Part shown: positions 47,201 through 58,268 of the stretch, one piece after another
How the letters are laid out: each line of letters begins with the position of its first letter
How positions within the stretch are numbered: the first letter of the stretch is position 1
Assembly: GCA_004431415.1 (NCBI GenBank)
Contig: QPMI01000039.1
Coordinates: 186,001-250,000 of the forward strand
Origin: Cyanophora paradoxa CCMP329
Lineage: Eukaryota > Plantae > Glaucophyta
Length of the DNA: 64,000 nucleotides
Reading direction: 5' to 3'
Program-made: the position numbers and the translations under genes
The notes under the pieces: generated by a model
What the model was told of the DNA's origin: nothing
What the model saw: only the letters and a program-made list of their open reading frames with translations
The model's database searches: none

Positions 47201-50200
47201 CCGGCGACGAGGGCGCCCGGCGCCTCGCCCAGTTCTTCACCGACGTCGTGGTACCTCCCTTTCCCTTTCATCCCCCTCTGGTCCGGGCCGCTGAACGCCT
47301 GTACCCCCAGCGGGCAGTGGTGCAGTGCAAGGGGCAGCTTTTGGACCCCGCCGACGACTGCAGATACATCGTTTACGCCCGCGTGCGCCCCCCGCAAACC
47401 GAGCGACCGGCCGCCGGCTTGAGCGGAGTCCCGCCTTACATTCATTCGGGGCGGGGCAGGGCCACAGCGCGACGGGGGAGCGGGAGCCTGAGGAGGACGC
47501 CAAGCCGGGCCTGTGGTCGTTCCTCATCTCTGCACGCTCCCTCGATAAGTACAGCACAGAGGTACCGGTACGCGCTGCTTGGTTGTGGTTTCACGTCTGG
47601 TTCTTCTTCCTGGCCTGAACGCGCGCAGTGTCCGAGGCTGCGAGCGCTGCTTGTGCCTCCGGCTGGGACCGACCCCGCCCCCTGCGCGTTTTACCTCTGC
47701 TTCGCGGCGAGGGCCGACGTCTCGGAACCCTGGCGCAAGGTCCGCTTCTAATTGGATCCGGCGTGATTTGAACCCGCGCACGTCGACTCGTTTCGCCGCA
47801 GTTCGTCAAGCTGCGCATTAAGCGCCAGCGCCCCATCGAGCCCACCTTATCCCCCATCCTCGACAACGACCCCAGGTCTCCGCCCGTTCTCTCCCACCCC
47901 ACCACCTCTTTCTCTCCCCGGTTCCCGAACCGCGTACCCCCGCAGCGAGACTCTTTCCCAGGTCTCCGCGTCGACCTTGCCGAGCGCGACCCCCCGCTAC
48001 GCCCCCTCCATACCCGCCTCCCCCGCCTCCCTTTCCTCCCGCCTTCCTGTACCCCCCGCGCACCCCCCGGCCGCGCCTGCGGCGGCCGGCGCGCCGCCCC
48101 AAGCCCTCAATCAACTTCTCGCGACGCTGCTGAACCATTCGCCGCCCGCGCCGCCCGCGCCGTGGCCGCACCCGCCCCCTCTACCCCCGTACGATTCGGT
48201 TCGCTCCCCTGCTTCCCGGATCGCGCGCCCGCTCGCCTAGCGACTTAAGCCGCCACCGCCGCTCCCGCAGCAGCAGTGGTCTGAGCGGCCGGAGCAGCAG
48301 CAGCAGCGGCAGCGGCCCGCTTCGTCCCCGCGGCACTACGCCGTCTCGCCTCCGGCCCCCAGGCGGTGCGATCCGTTCCGCCTCTTCCGTGTCGGCCTTC
48401 TCCGTTGACTCGTCGTCGTCTACCCCTGGCCAGGCGCTCCGGAAGCCCCCCTCCTCCCCCATCTGAAGCGGAGCGGGGGCCGCACCACCCGCCCGCGCCG
48501 AGGCGGGCGTCGGCCTCCGAGCGCGGCCAGAGGTGCTTCGCGAGCCCCATCCGCTCCTCGCCCCCGGCACCGGAGCCGCCGTTCTCAGAGCGCTCGCGCG
48601 CAGCCCGCGGCGAGGGGCCCCGGACCTGTTTCGGGGCGGGTTCGCGGATGCCCCGCCAGCCGACCAGCCGCCCGCGAGGCCGCGGAGCCCACCCCGCGAC
48701 CGACAGTCCTACGGGTCCGCGACCACCTCTGCGGCACCCCGCGCAGGGCGCTCGACGCTGACGGGCGCCCCGCGCGCGCGCAGCCCGCGGGGAGGGCGGC
48801 AGGCCCCGCCCCCTCCGCCGCGGCGAAGGCAAGCAAGCCCCTTCCACGCTTTTCCTCAATCGCTCACAGCCACGCAGGGACAGCCCTGGAAGGGACTCGG
48901 CGAGGTACGCCCGCCTCGGGTTCCGGCGCCTCGCGCTCTAATCACGCGGCGGGGCGCAGACGCGAGCCCTGCGGCCGGCAGGAGAGCAGGCGGCAGCGCG
49001 ACGACGAAGCCGAGCGGGAGCGCGAGCGCGAAAAGGAGCGGGAGCGGGAGCGGGAGCGGGATCGGGAGCGCGAAAAGGAGCGGGAACGAGAGGAGCGGGA
49101 GCGCGAAAGGGAGCGGGAGCGGGAGCGCGAAAAGGAGCGGGATCGGGAGCGCGAAAAGGAGCGGGAGCGGGAGCGCGAAAAGGAGCGGGATCGGGAGCGC
49201 GAAAAGGAGCGGGAGCGGGAGCGCGAAAAGGAGCGGGATCGGGAGCGCGAAAAGGAGCGGGAGCGGGAGCGCGAGCGCGAAAAGGAGCGGGAGCGGGAGC
49301 GCGAGCGGGAGCGACAACGTGAGCCGGACCGGTCGAGGCAGCGGGAGGGCGATCGCGAGCGGCGGGACCCGCCGCGGCAGCAGCAGCAGCAGCGTGAGCG
49401 CGACAGGGACCGGCAGCCGGACCGAGACAGCGACCGCGGGCGCGACGGAGGAGACCGCGGCCGCGTGCAGGACGAGGAACGGCGCGAGGGGAAGGATCGG
49501 GATCGGGGTCGGGATCGGGGGCCAGGCGGGATCGACGCCGGCTCTCACCGGCGGCGGGAGCCGGAGCGGGAGCGGGCCCCGGGGCGTGCGGACGAGCGCG
49601 CCGAGGCCTCTTCGTACTCCTCCGCCGCTGCGGCGCAGCGCGGGGCCGCTGCCAGCGACCCGGTGCGGCCCCCTCCTCCTCCTCCTCCTCCGCCGTCCGC
49701 CGCTCACCAGGGGCCCCTCTAGATCTCCCTTCGCGGCTCGCAGCCGCAGCCGCCTCCGGCTCCGGCTCCGGCGCCGGTGGCGGCGGCGGCCCCCGCGGCC
49801 TCGGGAGGGGCACAGGTCTGCGAGGAGGACGCCGACTTCGCCCGCGTGGCCGCCGTCCTGCTGGTACCCCCCCCCCTCCGCTCCGCCCCCCCCCTTCCTC
49901 TCCTCCATCCTGAAGTTTCGCGCAGGATTTCGCGGTGCAAGGGCAGGGCCAGCTGCGGGCGGCGGAGGCGGAGCAGGCGTACCCGGCCCGCTGGGGCGCC
50001 CCGTACCCCGGGGGGGCCACGTGCTTGATGGCCCTCCTCATGTGAGCCCTGCCGTCTTTGATCTGAGCCCTCCTCCTCCGCGGCGCCGCCGGATTCCGAT
50101 CTGATTCTGATCTGATTCAGGACCGACTTCGAGGAGACGGTGGGCGTGTCCAGTGACGGCGTGTGCACGTGGCTGAGGCTGCGCTCTGCCGAGGGCCGGG

Positions 50201-50664
50201 CCCTCTGGGAAACCGTGAGCCCTCCTCGAATTCGAATCCCTCCCCGCGCCTGTACCCCCTCGAGCCCCTCGCAGGTGCGAGAAGGGCTGGAGGCGGACGC
50301 GGCGAGGCGCCGCATCCCCGACCTGCACGGCCTGGTCCGCTCTCTCGAGGCGTCGGCCCGGCCGCCCGTCTCGCCGCTGCCGCCGCCCGTCTCGCCGCTG
50401 CCGCCGCCCGTCTCGTCGCTGCCGCCGCCGCCCGTCTCGCCGCTGCCGCCGCCGCCCGTCTCGCCGCTGCGGCCGCCCGTCTCGCCGCTGCGTGAGGAGT
50501 GCCTCTCGGCCGGCGCCGGCGCCGGCGGCGGCCTTGGCGCACCCTCACCCCTCCGCAGGGCCCTGCAGCAGCCGGCGCCGCCCTTGTCGCCCCTCCCCCA
50601 CTCGCGGCCGGCGGGATCGGCGCCGGAGGAGGTGCCACGGACCGTGGCGGACTTGGATTTCTAA
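44225..50664 (+). CDS. Paralog B: diverged full-length paralog of A (wHTH-like, acidic, RGG, SPOC-like, RE repeats, LOTUS-like); start uncertain
   Basis: MKESISLV; GWTVSQIARK; LRGFKIKDHSYLRQIL; IRYRSR; poly-E; RGRGRGNGRGG; HDEWTGGLW; RDVFLVEHAW...LLAAYGVREAFPGDEGARRLAQFF...YIVYARV...LWSFLIS...FYLCFA; FARVAAVLL..AEQAYPARWGAPYPGG; ends TVADLDF*. Confidence 0.65.
49010..49315 (+). repeat. Coding RE/RD dipeptide repeat (EREKERDR/ERER)
   Basis: gagcgcgaaaaggagcggga(t/g)cgg recurs about 10 times. Confidence 0.9.
50360..50490 (+). repeat. Coding 21/24-bp repeat PPVSPLP, ~6 copies
   Basis: ccgcccgtctcgccgctg recurs. Confidence 0.85.
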
Positions 50665-50929
50665 GCCGGGCCGGCGCGGCCGCAGTGCGCTTCTCAAATG
50701 AAAGGCGCCCGGCCTTGCATCATATTTAAATTTTTTTGCATTCAATGTACGGTATCGCGATCGATTTTTCAGCCGCTTTAATTTCAGAATTCGAAACTCG
50801 GGCAGTTAAATTCGCCCTTTCCATCGCGAGCTACCTTGCCGGTTGCGAATCAAATTTGCCATTTACAAAAATGCTATGACGTACTAGCTAGCTAGGTATT
50901 AATCGATATTTAGGCAAATCGACGTCGAT

Positions 50930-51030
50930 GTCGGGCTCGGGATCCGGAGTCCGGATCCGGAGCCGGGACTCGGGACTCGGGACTCGCGATCGGGACTCGG
51001 AACTCGCGATCGGGACTCGGAATCTCGAGT
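50930..51030. repeat. Degenerate 7-bp gggactc microsatellite upstream of paralog C
   Basis: gggactc/ggaactc/gcgatc units in tandem. Confidence 0.7.
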
Positions 51031-51197
51031 CTCGAAGACATCCTCGGAGCCGGTCGTCCTCGGAGCTCGAGCTTGAAATCGTCTACCCGGCGTCGCCGTC
51101 ATCTCCCGCCATCGGAGTATTCACTTCAATTCGCGGCCTGCGGGCGCAGCCGACTCGTCCTTCACCGGATCCGCTGTCGAGTAGGCAAAGCATTTGG

Positions 51198-54100
51198 ATG
51201 GTTGTGGGCAAGAAGGCCGCCATCGTTGAGCTCTGCAACCGTCTTCCGGAGCAGGTTCGAGAGCCGCGCCCCGCGGCCGCCCGCGCCGCGGCGGCCGATG
51301 ACGCTCGCGTCCGCTTCGCAGGGCAAGACGATGCGTGAAATCGTCGATGAGGTGCTTGTCGCTGCGCGAGGCCGCGATATCGCGCGGCCGCGCGGCCGCG
51401 TCGCGGTGCTCACGCGGCTCCGGTCCGCAGCTGCAGCAAGGCGGAGTGGACGTCACTTCGAGCTACGTGGGCCGAGTCCTCGTGCGCCGCCCGCGCTCGC
51501 GCGCCTCGAACAGCGCCGGTTCGTCGCTCACGGCGGCCTGGGACCGTCGGCCGCGCGCGGGCAGAACGAGCTGGACGGGGACAGGGTCATCCGCGCCGAG
51601 CGCGACGAAATCCTTTGCCAGATCGTCTACAAGCGCGCCAGGACGGTGGTGGACGGCCGCGGGTGCGCCCCCGCGGCCGGGAAATTCAAAATCCTCCTGT
51701 GCATGAGCACGTCTCCCGGCTTCAAGCTCACGGGCGGGGGCTCCGGCCCATCCTCACAGCGGCGTCCTCGACAACTCCGGACCCTGGTTCGATGGGCGGC
51801 GGCCGCGGCGGGCCGCCAGCGCTCCGAAGCCGCCCCAGGACTTGGAGGACTTGGGCGACATCCCGGCCCCCCTCAGCAGCTCCGAAAAAGAAAGGAGAAA
51901 GAAGCGGAAGGTGAGCTTTGATGAATCCCTTCTGAATCGTGTATGACCGCGTCGCCCTTCTGATCACCTTCGTCGCAGCACAAGGGCGCGCGCTCTGGAC
52001 AGGCGGACTCATTCGCCAAGAGAGCCGGCGCCTCGGGCACCGATGTCGACAGGTCTAGAGGCCCAAACATCGCGATCAACACGCCCCAAAAGGGCGCCAG
52101 CTCGGTGCGAGCCCCTCGAGGGCGGCGGCCGCCTGAAACCACGCTTCACCTCACTTCTCTTCGCCTGGGGCGCAGGGCGGCTCGAGCTCCGCGCCCCCGT
52201 CGACGTTGAAGAAGCGCGTGATCGACCTGGACGATGATGACGAGGACGACGACGATTGCGATGTCGACGTAGCGATCTCCTCGCTGAAGAAGAAGCCTCG
52301 GCCGTCGGCTGTGGGGCCCTCTGAGGGCGACGACGACGACGAGCTCCCTCTTTCAAAGCTGAAGGAGAAGCTTCGAATTCAGCGGGCACGCCGCGGCCGA
52401 TCGGTCCCTGTTTTGAAGACGAAATCCAAGCAGGCAAGCCGATTGGGACCGGCAAAGGGCAAGGATCCTCTGATGCCAGCTTATGACCAACTTCAGCCGT
52501 CGACCCTGGTGCCCACTGCTTCGCCCCAGCCGCCTCCGGCGCCTGCTTCTATCAAGCTGGAGGAGTCGCCGGCGCCGACATTGCCGCCTGCACATGCTGC
52601 TGGGATCAAGCTGGAGGCGTCATCTTCCAGCAAGCCGGAGCCCCTGCCGGCGAGCTCTGGGCCCTGTACGACGTCTATCTCGGAGGGGGCGTCGGCCGCC
52701 GGGCAGCCTGCCGCTCGGGCGCCGGCTCCCGAGCCCGAGCCCGAGCCCAAGCCCGCCCTGCAGCTGCTCGTGTCGCCTGCGGCTGCTTCGGAGCTCGAGG
52801 TGAAGGCAGAGGTGCCGCCACCCACGCCCGCCTCAGCCGCCCTAGGCCCGCCAGTGCCGCCCGCCCCCAGTTTGCCCCCCGCCCCGGAGGCGCCCCCCGT
52901 GCCGGCTCCGGCCCCCAGTCCCGCCCCGGGGGGCCCGGCGCCGCTGCCCACCGGTACCACCTCGCGGCTGCTCCCCAAGCGGGCGCGGTCCCTCTCCTCG
53001 GCGGCGCCCGCGCCCGCCTCAGCGCCCACGCCGTCCCCGCCGGCCTCAGAGCCGTCGCGGGAGCAGGCGGCGGCCCCCTCAAGATCCCCTCCCCCATCGA
53101 AGTCCAAGATCGATACTGGAGATCTAGAGCAATCTGGACCTCTGAAGAAGGTAAGCAATGCAAAATGCTGAAGGCGCGATCGCGAGTAGACCCAATAGAA
53201 ATTAAATTTGCTGCGCAGGGTCAGGAGCGAGGTTCCTGGCCGAGCTGGAGGGGCCCCCAGTCGCAGTCGCCAGCCCGCGAGACGTCGCCCGACCAGTTCA
53301 AGGGCGCGCGGCCATCATGGGGCTCGCGAAACTCGACGGGCACGCCGTCGGCGGGGCTGAAGGTCAGCTGGAGTCGGTTTTCGCGGGGCGAGGCGCGAAT
53401 TTCGCAGCAGCCGAGGTCAGGTAGCACCTACGACCACGAGCACCGCAATGCACAGCGTCAGTGGCGCGGGCAGCAGCCAGCAGCTGCAGCTGCAGGTTAC
53501 ATGGGACTAATTGGAAACGGGGTAGGGCCCCCGTTTTCGGTAACTCACAAAATGACGAGTCTGCTCATCTCCCGATCCAGCTTTGAGCTCTTAACCGAGT
53601 GTTATTGCATGCATGAGAGCCCGGAATTCGTTGTCAGAACCCGGAAAGAGTGGAATGCTGCGCGGAAAAAAGGACCGGACCCTTTCCCGGACTTTCCCTT
53701 GCAGCACCCGATCCTGTGGTCGTATAGCGACCGGACCAAGTGCATCAGAATGCTCTTGGAATGCTCTACATGGCATGTCATACATGCCAGGGGTCGGGGA
53801 GCGGCGCGCGGCGCGCTAGGCCGCCTCAAGTACCTGTTGTACCGGGCGCCGAAAAAAAGCGCTCCTGCGAGGCCAATGCCGATATAATGATGCAGTACCC
53901 AAACTTCGCCCCCCCTCAACTTCGTTCTCATCGGTGTTCAACGTGGGCGGCAGCGTGGAGCAACAGAGCTGCCACCAGACATAGCTGTAGACGAATTTGA
54001 GATGTGCTCGAAGCAATGTGGACACAGTCGGGGCTGTGCTCCCGGTGGGAAATGTGTGCGATGCGGAGAGCGTTGCAAGTTTCCGAAGAGCCTGTACCAG

Positions 54101-56738
54101 CATATTCGGCAGTGCAGGAAGAAGGCACCCGCAACGCCGTTCCGGTGCGCGAAGCTGCGAAGCCGAGTGCGACGATGGTCCTCACCGCCTAGCCCGCCGC
54201 GAGCAGAACCGAGCGTGGCGAATTCCATCTCTTCTACAGGCAGGCATGAAGAGAGCTCGCGTGCCGACCGCACAGCTGGCGCCGATGGTAGTTCCTGCGC
54301 CTCGCGCGCGCCGCCACCCACGGTTCTGACTCGGCTGCTCGGGCGCAGAGGGCGCAGGCCGCCCGCCTCGTCCTCTACGCCCGCGTCCGCCCCGCCCGCC
54401 CCGCCGGCCCCGCAGTCCGCGGGCTGACGGGCGGGGCGGGCAGGGGCGGAGCTCGGGGGCGGACGGGGCGGCCGAGCCCGACCTACGCTCCTTCCTCATC
54501 CCCTCCGGCGCCTTCGAGAAGATGGTTTGCAGCTTCTGTTCGAGAGCTCAATGTGGCGCGAAAACGTGATGGGCATTCGCACAGGGTACAGCGCTGATCC
54601 GGCGGCTGGAGATTCCGGCGCCCCTCGGCATTTCGGATGCGCCCTTCTACATCGTTTTCGCGCGGGGCGCAGACGTGCACCGCGTTTACTCGAAGGCGCG
54701 TCGCCCACCTCGTTCTAGCGTCCGGACATTGCCCCAAATCCGTCTTCCTTCTTTTGTATCTTCTATTGACGCTCGCCCTGCAGAACGAGATCGAGCGGCG
54801 GGGACCCGTTGCTGATCATGAGGCCTCGGCCCTCGCGCCGTCGTCGGCGCAGCACAAGGGACTAGCGCGTACGGTCGAGACCATGGTCAAGGCTCTCGCG
54901 GAGTCTGCCGCCGCGGCCACTCCCGCCGCCCCCGCCTCCGCCGCCTCCGACTGCGACCCGAGGTACCCCCCCCCCCCCCACCCCCCACCCCCCACCCCCA
55001 CCGCCTCTAAGCTCACCACAAAGCTCACGTACCCGGCAGCGAGACCTCCTCGCAGCTCTCGGGGTCCGGCCCCGCCACCCCGCGCACCCCCGCCGGCCCC
55101 CTCCTCGCCCTCTCCGCCCCCGCCCCCGCCCCGCCACCGCCGCCTCGCACCCGTCGCCCGAGGCGCCCCACGCGCACCCCTCCCAGCACTCCGCCGCCCC
55201 GTCTTTGGCCGCTTCAGCCGTACCCCCCGCCGTGCTCGCGGAGGCGGACGACGCCGCGGGCGAGGCGACGGCGGCTACCTTCGAATTTTCAGGCGCAATT
55301 CTGCCTGCCAACGCCCCTCCGGATCCCTCGGAAGCCCTCTCCCCTATCCCTCTCGCGGTTCTCGTGGAGCCGTACCCCGCCGCAGAGCCGGCCGCTTCCA
55401 CCCCGCGGCCGCTCCCGGCCCCTGAGACGACCTGCCTTCCGGAGCGGCCGCCCGAATCGGCGGCCGGCTGGGACGCGGCCCCGCCCGGCGTACCCCGCTC
55501 CCGCCCGCCCGCCCGCAAGAAGCCGGCCCAGTGCCCGGGCTCCTCCCCTCCCCCGCCCCCGCCCCTGCCCCGGCTCGCACCCCCGGCGCCTGTCGGTACC
55601 GGTGGCCCCCCGGCGGCGCCCGACGGGAGCGAGAAAGCTGAGGATGCGGGGACGGGGGAGAAGAAGGGGCCCGGCGGGCCGGAGGGCCCCAGCGCTCTGC
55701 GCATTCCTCCGTGCGCCTGCGACACTCGCCGCTTTCTTAAGCTTCGATTTCCATCTGACGATTTGCTTGTGGTGCCGCGCAGCGGAGGCTGCGTGCAGGG
55801 TGCTTCTGTCCCTTCGCTTGGCTCAATTCCCAATGGCAAGGCGACCCCAGCGGCGCCGCCGGCGGTCCTTCCTTCCGCGACCGCCGACGCTGCGGCCGCC
55901 ACGACCAGTACTGCGCCCGCGGCCGCTGCCCCGCGATCCCTGCCGATATCGAGCCGAGTGAGCTCCCTGCACTGCACCCCCGGGGCCCGCTGGGCCACAG
56001 CGTCCGACAACCTCCGAATCCTACACCCCCGCCAGAATCTGGCACTTCTGCGGCGCCTGACGGGGACGCGTACGTCCCAGGCGGTTGGCCATGGCCCGGC
56101 CCCAGCGGGGGGCCTCCTAGCCCGTAGGGATGCTCTTTCCCCCCCGCCCACCCGCAATGACGACGCCGATGCGGACACGGAGGGCGCGCCGTTCAAGTAC
56201 GTTAGGGCCGCCCCGCGACTTGGCAAAGGGATTTTCGAATTCAGTTTCTCCCACCAGAATTTCGTTCATCGGCGTGGTCGGAGCGGGCCCCACGGGAACG
56301 GGCACGTACGCGTATGCCGCGGTACCGGTGCGGCTTTCTCATTTCCGTTTATACAGATGCCCCTCCGAAGCTAAGTCTAGTCGCCGCAGGAGGGGGCGAA
56401 TCTGCAGCCCGCTGGCCATGGGGACGTGGAGTCATCGATATCGCACCCCCTCGGCGATCGCGAGCCCACTGGAGCGAGGGAGGCGGCTGTGGATCTCGAG
56501 GCGCCCCGGTGGCCCCAGCAGCAGCCGCGGCCCCAGCAGCCTCTCCCCCGCGAGGCCCGCGCGCCGCGGGCCGGGCTCTTTCTCGACCCCCCCGCCCTTG
56601 CGGCGGGGGTACGCCCCGGCGCGGCCGGAAGCGATCTCGCCCCTCCGCGGGCACGCGCACGTCGGCCCGGGCCCTGTGCATGTCTCCGTGTCCCCTTTGG
56701 GGGCGCCCGCGGCCAGCGCCTTAGCTATATATAGCTAG
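51198..56738 (+). CDS. Paralog C: wHTH-like, SIM, Pro-rich, remodelled SPOC-like; no RS or LOTUS-like tail seen; 3' end uncertain (56374-56738)
   Basis: MVVGKKAAIVELCNRLPEQ; GKTMREIVDEV; LQQGGVDVTSSYVGRVL; IVYKR; KKRVIDLDDDDE; TGTTSRLLPKRARSLSS shared with A; ARLVLYARV...DLRSFLIP...FYIVFA. Confidence 0.6.
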
Positions 56739-57136
56739 CTATAGCTAGCTGCACGAGCGGTCCTGAGCCGCGAAACGCGGGCTCCCGGGAGTCCGATCGC
56801 GAGCTGCTTGCGACTATCACGGAAATCAACTTTTAAATCCAAGTGTGTTATAATTACTTGGAGGCTTCACTCTGACTCAGTGACTGCGCTCCAGCGATCT
56901 CGAGTCTCTAACTTAGTAAAACACTTTCTCTGATGAAAACTAAGACCTTGTACATGTTCGACTCTGTGAGCCCCTCGCCGTCCGGCGGCCGAGGCTGGGA
57001 GTCAATACTAGTGGCCCGGCCGCGATTTTCGCGCCGGGGGTGCAAGGGGGGAACCGGGATCTAATGAAAGAGTCCTAGTGGCACGCACATGCGCAGAGTC
57101 CTCCCCTCGAAGCGCGCGACCCCTCGGCTCGGTCAC

Positions 57137-57390
57137 GCGTGCTCGGCTGCGGGCAGCGGCGCACGCGGTACTGCGGTATAAGCTCGATTTCGGCGGCGTG
57201 CTGAGCGCAGCAAGAGAGCACGGTCTGGACGGCCGGGCGTGCTCGGCTGCAGCTGCGATCAGCGGCGCAGCTAGCTATAGGCAGCGGCGCAAGCGGTTTT
57301 GCGGTGCAAGCTCAAGCACGACTGCCGGGCAGCGTGCTCGGCTGCGGGCAGCGGCGCGTGCTCGGTAGGCGGTGCTGCGGTGCAAGCTTG
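57137..57390. repeat. Degenerate ~95-100-bp intergenic repeat, 3 copies
   Basis: cgtgctcggctgc(ggg)cagcggcgc...gcggt...gcggt.caagct recurs. Confidence 0.7.
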
Positions 57391-57521
57391 ATGCAGTGAG
57401 AACTAGAATTTTCGAAGTAGTCCAGGCGGCACGGGTACCGTGCGGCGTACTACGGTACGCGGCGCATGCGCAGTGCGATGAAGCGGAAATCTAGAGGAGA
57501 CAGCTAGGGAGAAGTGGTTCC

Positions 57522-57860
57522 ATGCAGAAGCGCGCAAGGATATCGATCGAAGAGCCCGGAGTGCACGTGAGACTCGGTGAGAGAGAAGTTGGTTTTCCCC
57601 TCGAAAACCACTTTTCGCGAGTTCGAGAGAGCTCTCGCGAGCTCGAGTTTGACGCTCGAAAGTCGAGGGCTGACCGGTTCACCGAGCCAATCAGAACGAG
57701 AATAACCCGTCATTTTTTTCCGGTGTTGCATACTGGACCTCGCAAACGGCCTCGTAGCTGACGTAGAAAAAGTTTGGCTGAAGCGAGGGAACGGGAAGCA
57801 AGCTGGGAGAAGCCCTTCGGTCTTCGTCCCCCCTTGCAACTATGATTACTATGATACAGG
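57522..57860 (+). CDS. Possible small spliced ORF or gene fragment
   Basis: MQKRARISIEEPG|gt and ag|ADVEKVWLKRGNGKQAGRSPSVFVPPCNYDYYDT look exon-like. No homology recognised. Confidence 0.2.
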
Positions 57861-58268
57861 CGCCCGGCCGGATCGACGCGCACGGCGGCTAGAGCGGCGT
57901 CTGTGCATGCGCATGTGCCCGGCTCGCGGTTTCCTGTACGCTGCGGGCATGGATAAGGAGGGAAGAAGGAAAGTTTAAATGCGTAGGAGTTAAAGGCCGG
58001 GGAGGCCCCTAGGGTACGTATATACGTCGGTCAGATGAGAAATCAATTTCCCTAGCTAGGCCTCGGATTCCGATCCTCCCTCCTTCGAATTGCCCCTCCT
58101 GTAAATTGTCCCCTTAATATTAATCCGTCGCGATCGAGAAGTTATGTAATTAGAGGAATAAAATTCCCCTTTCACTAGTATACGTATACTGGCAATTTTC
58201 CCCTCAATCCATCGATCGTTCGTTCGGCTACGTACGCGTTGGGCGAAGGCGCCGTAGGGCCAGGCCGG

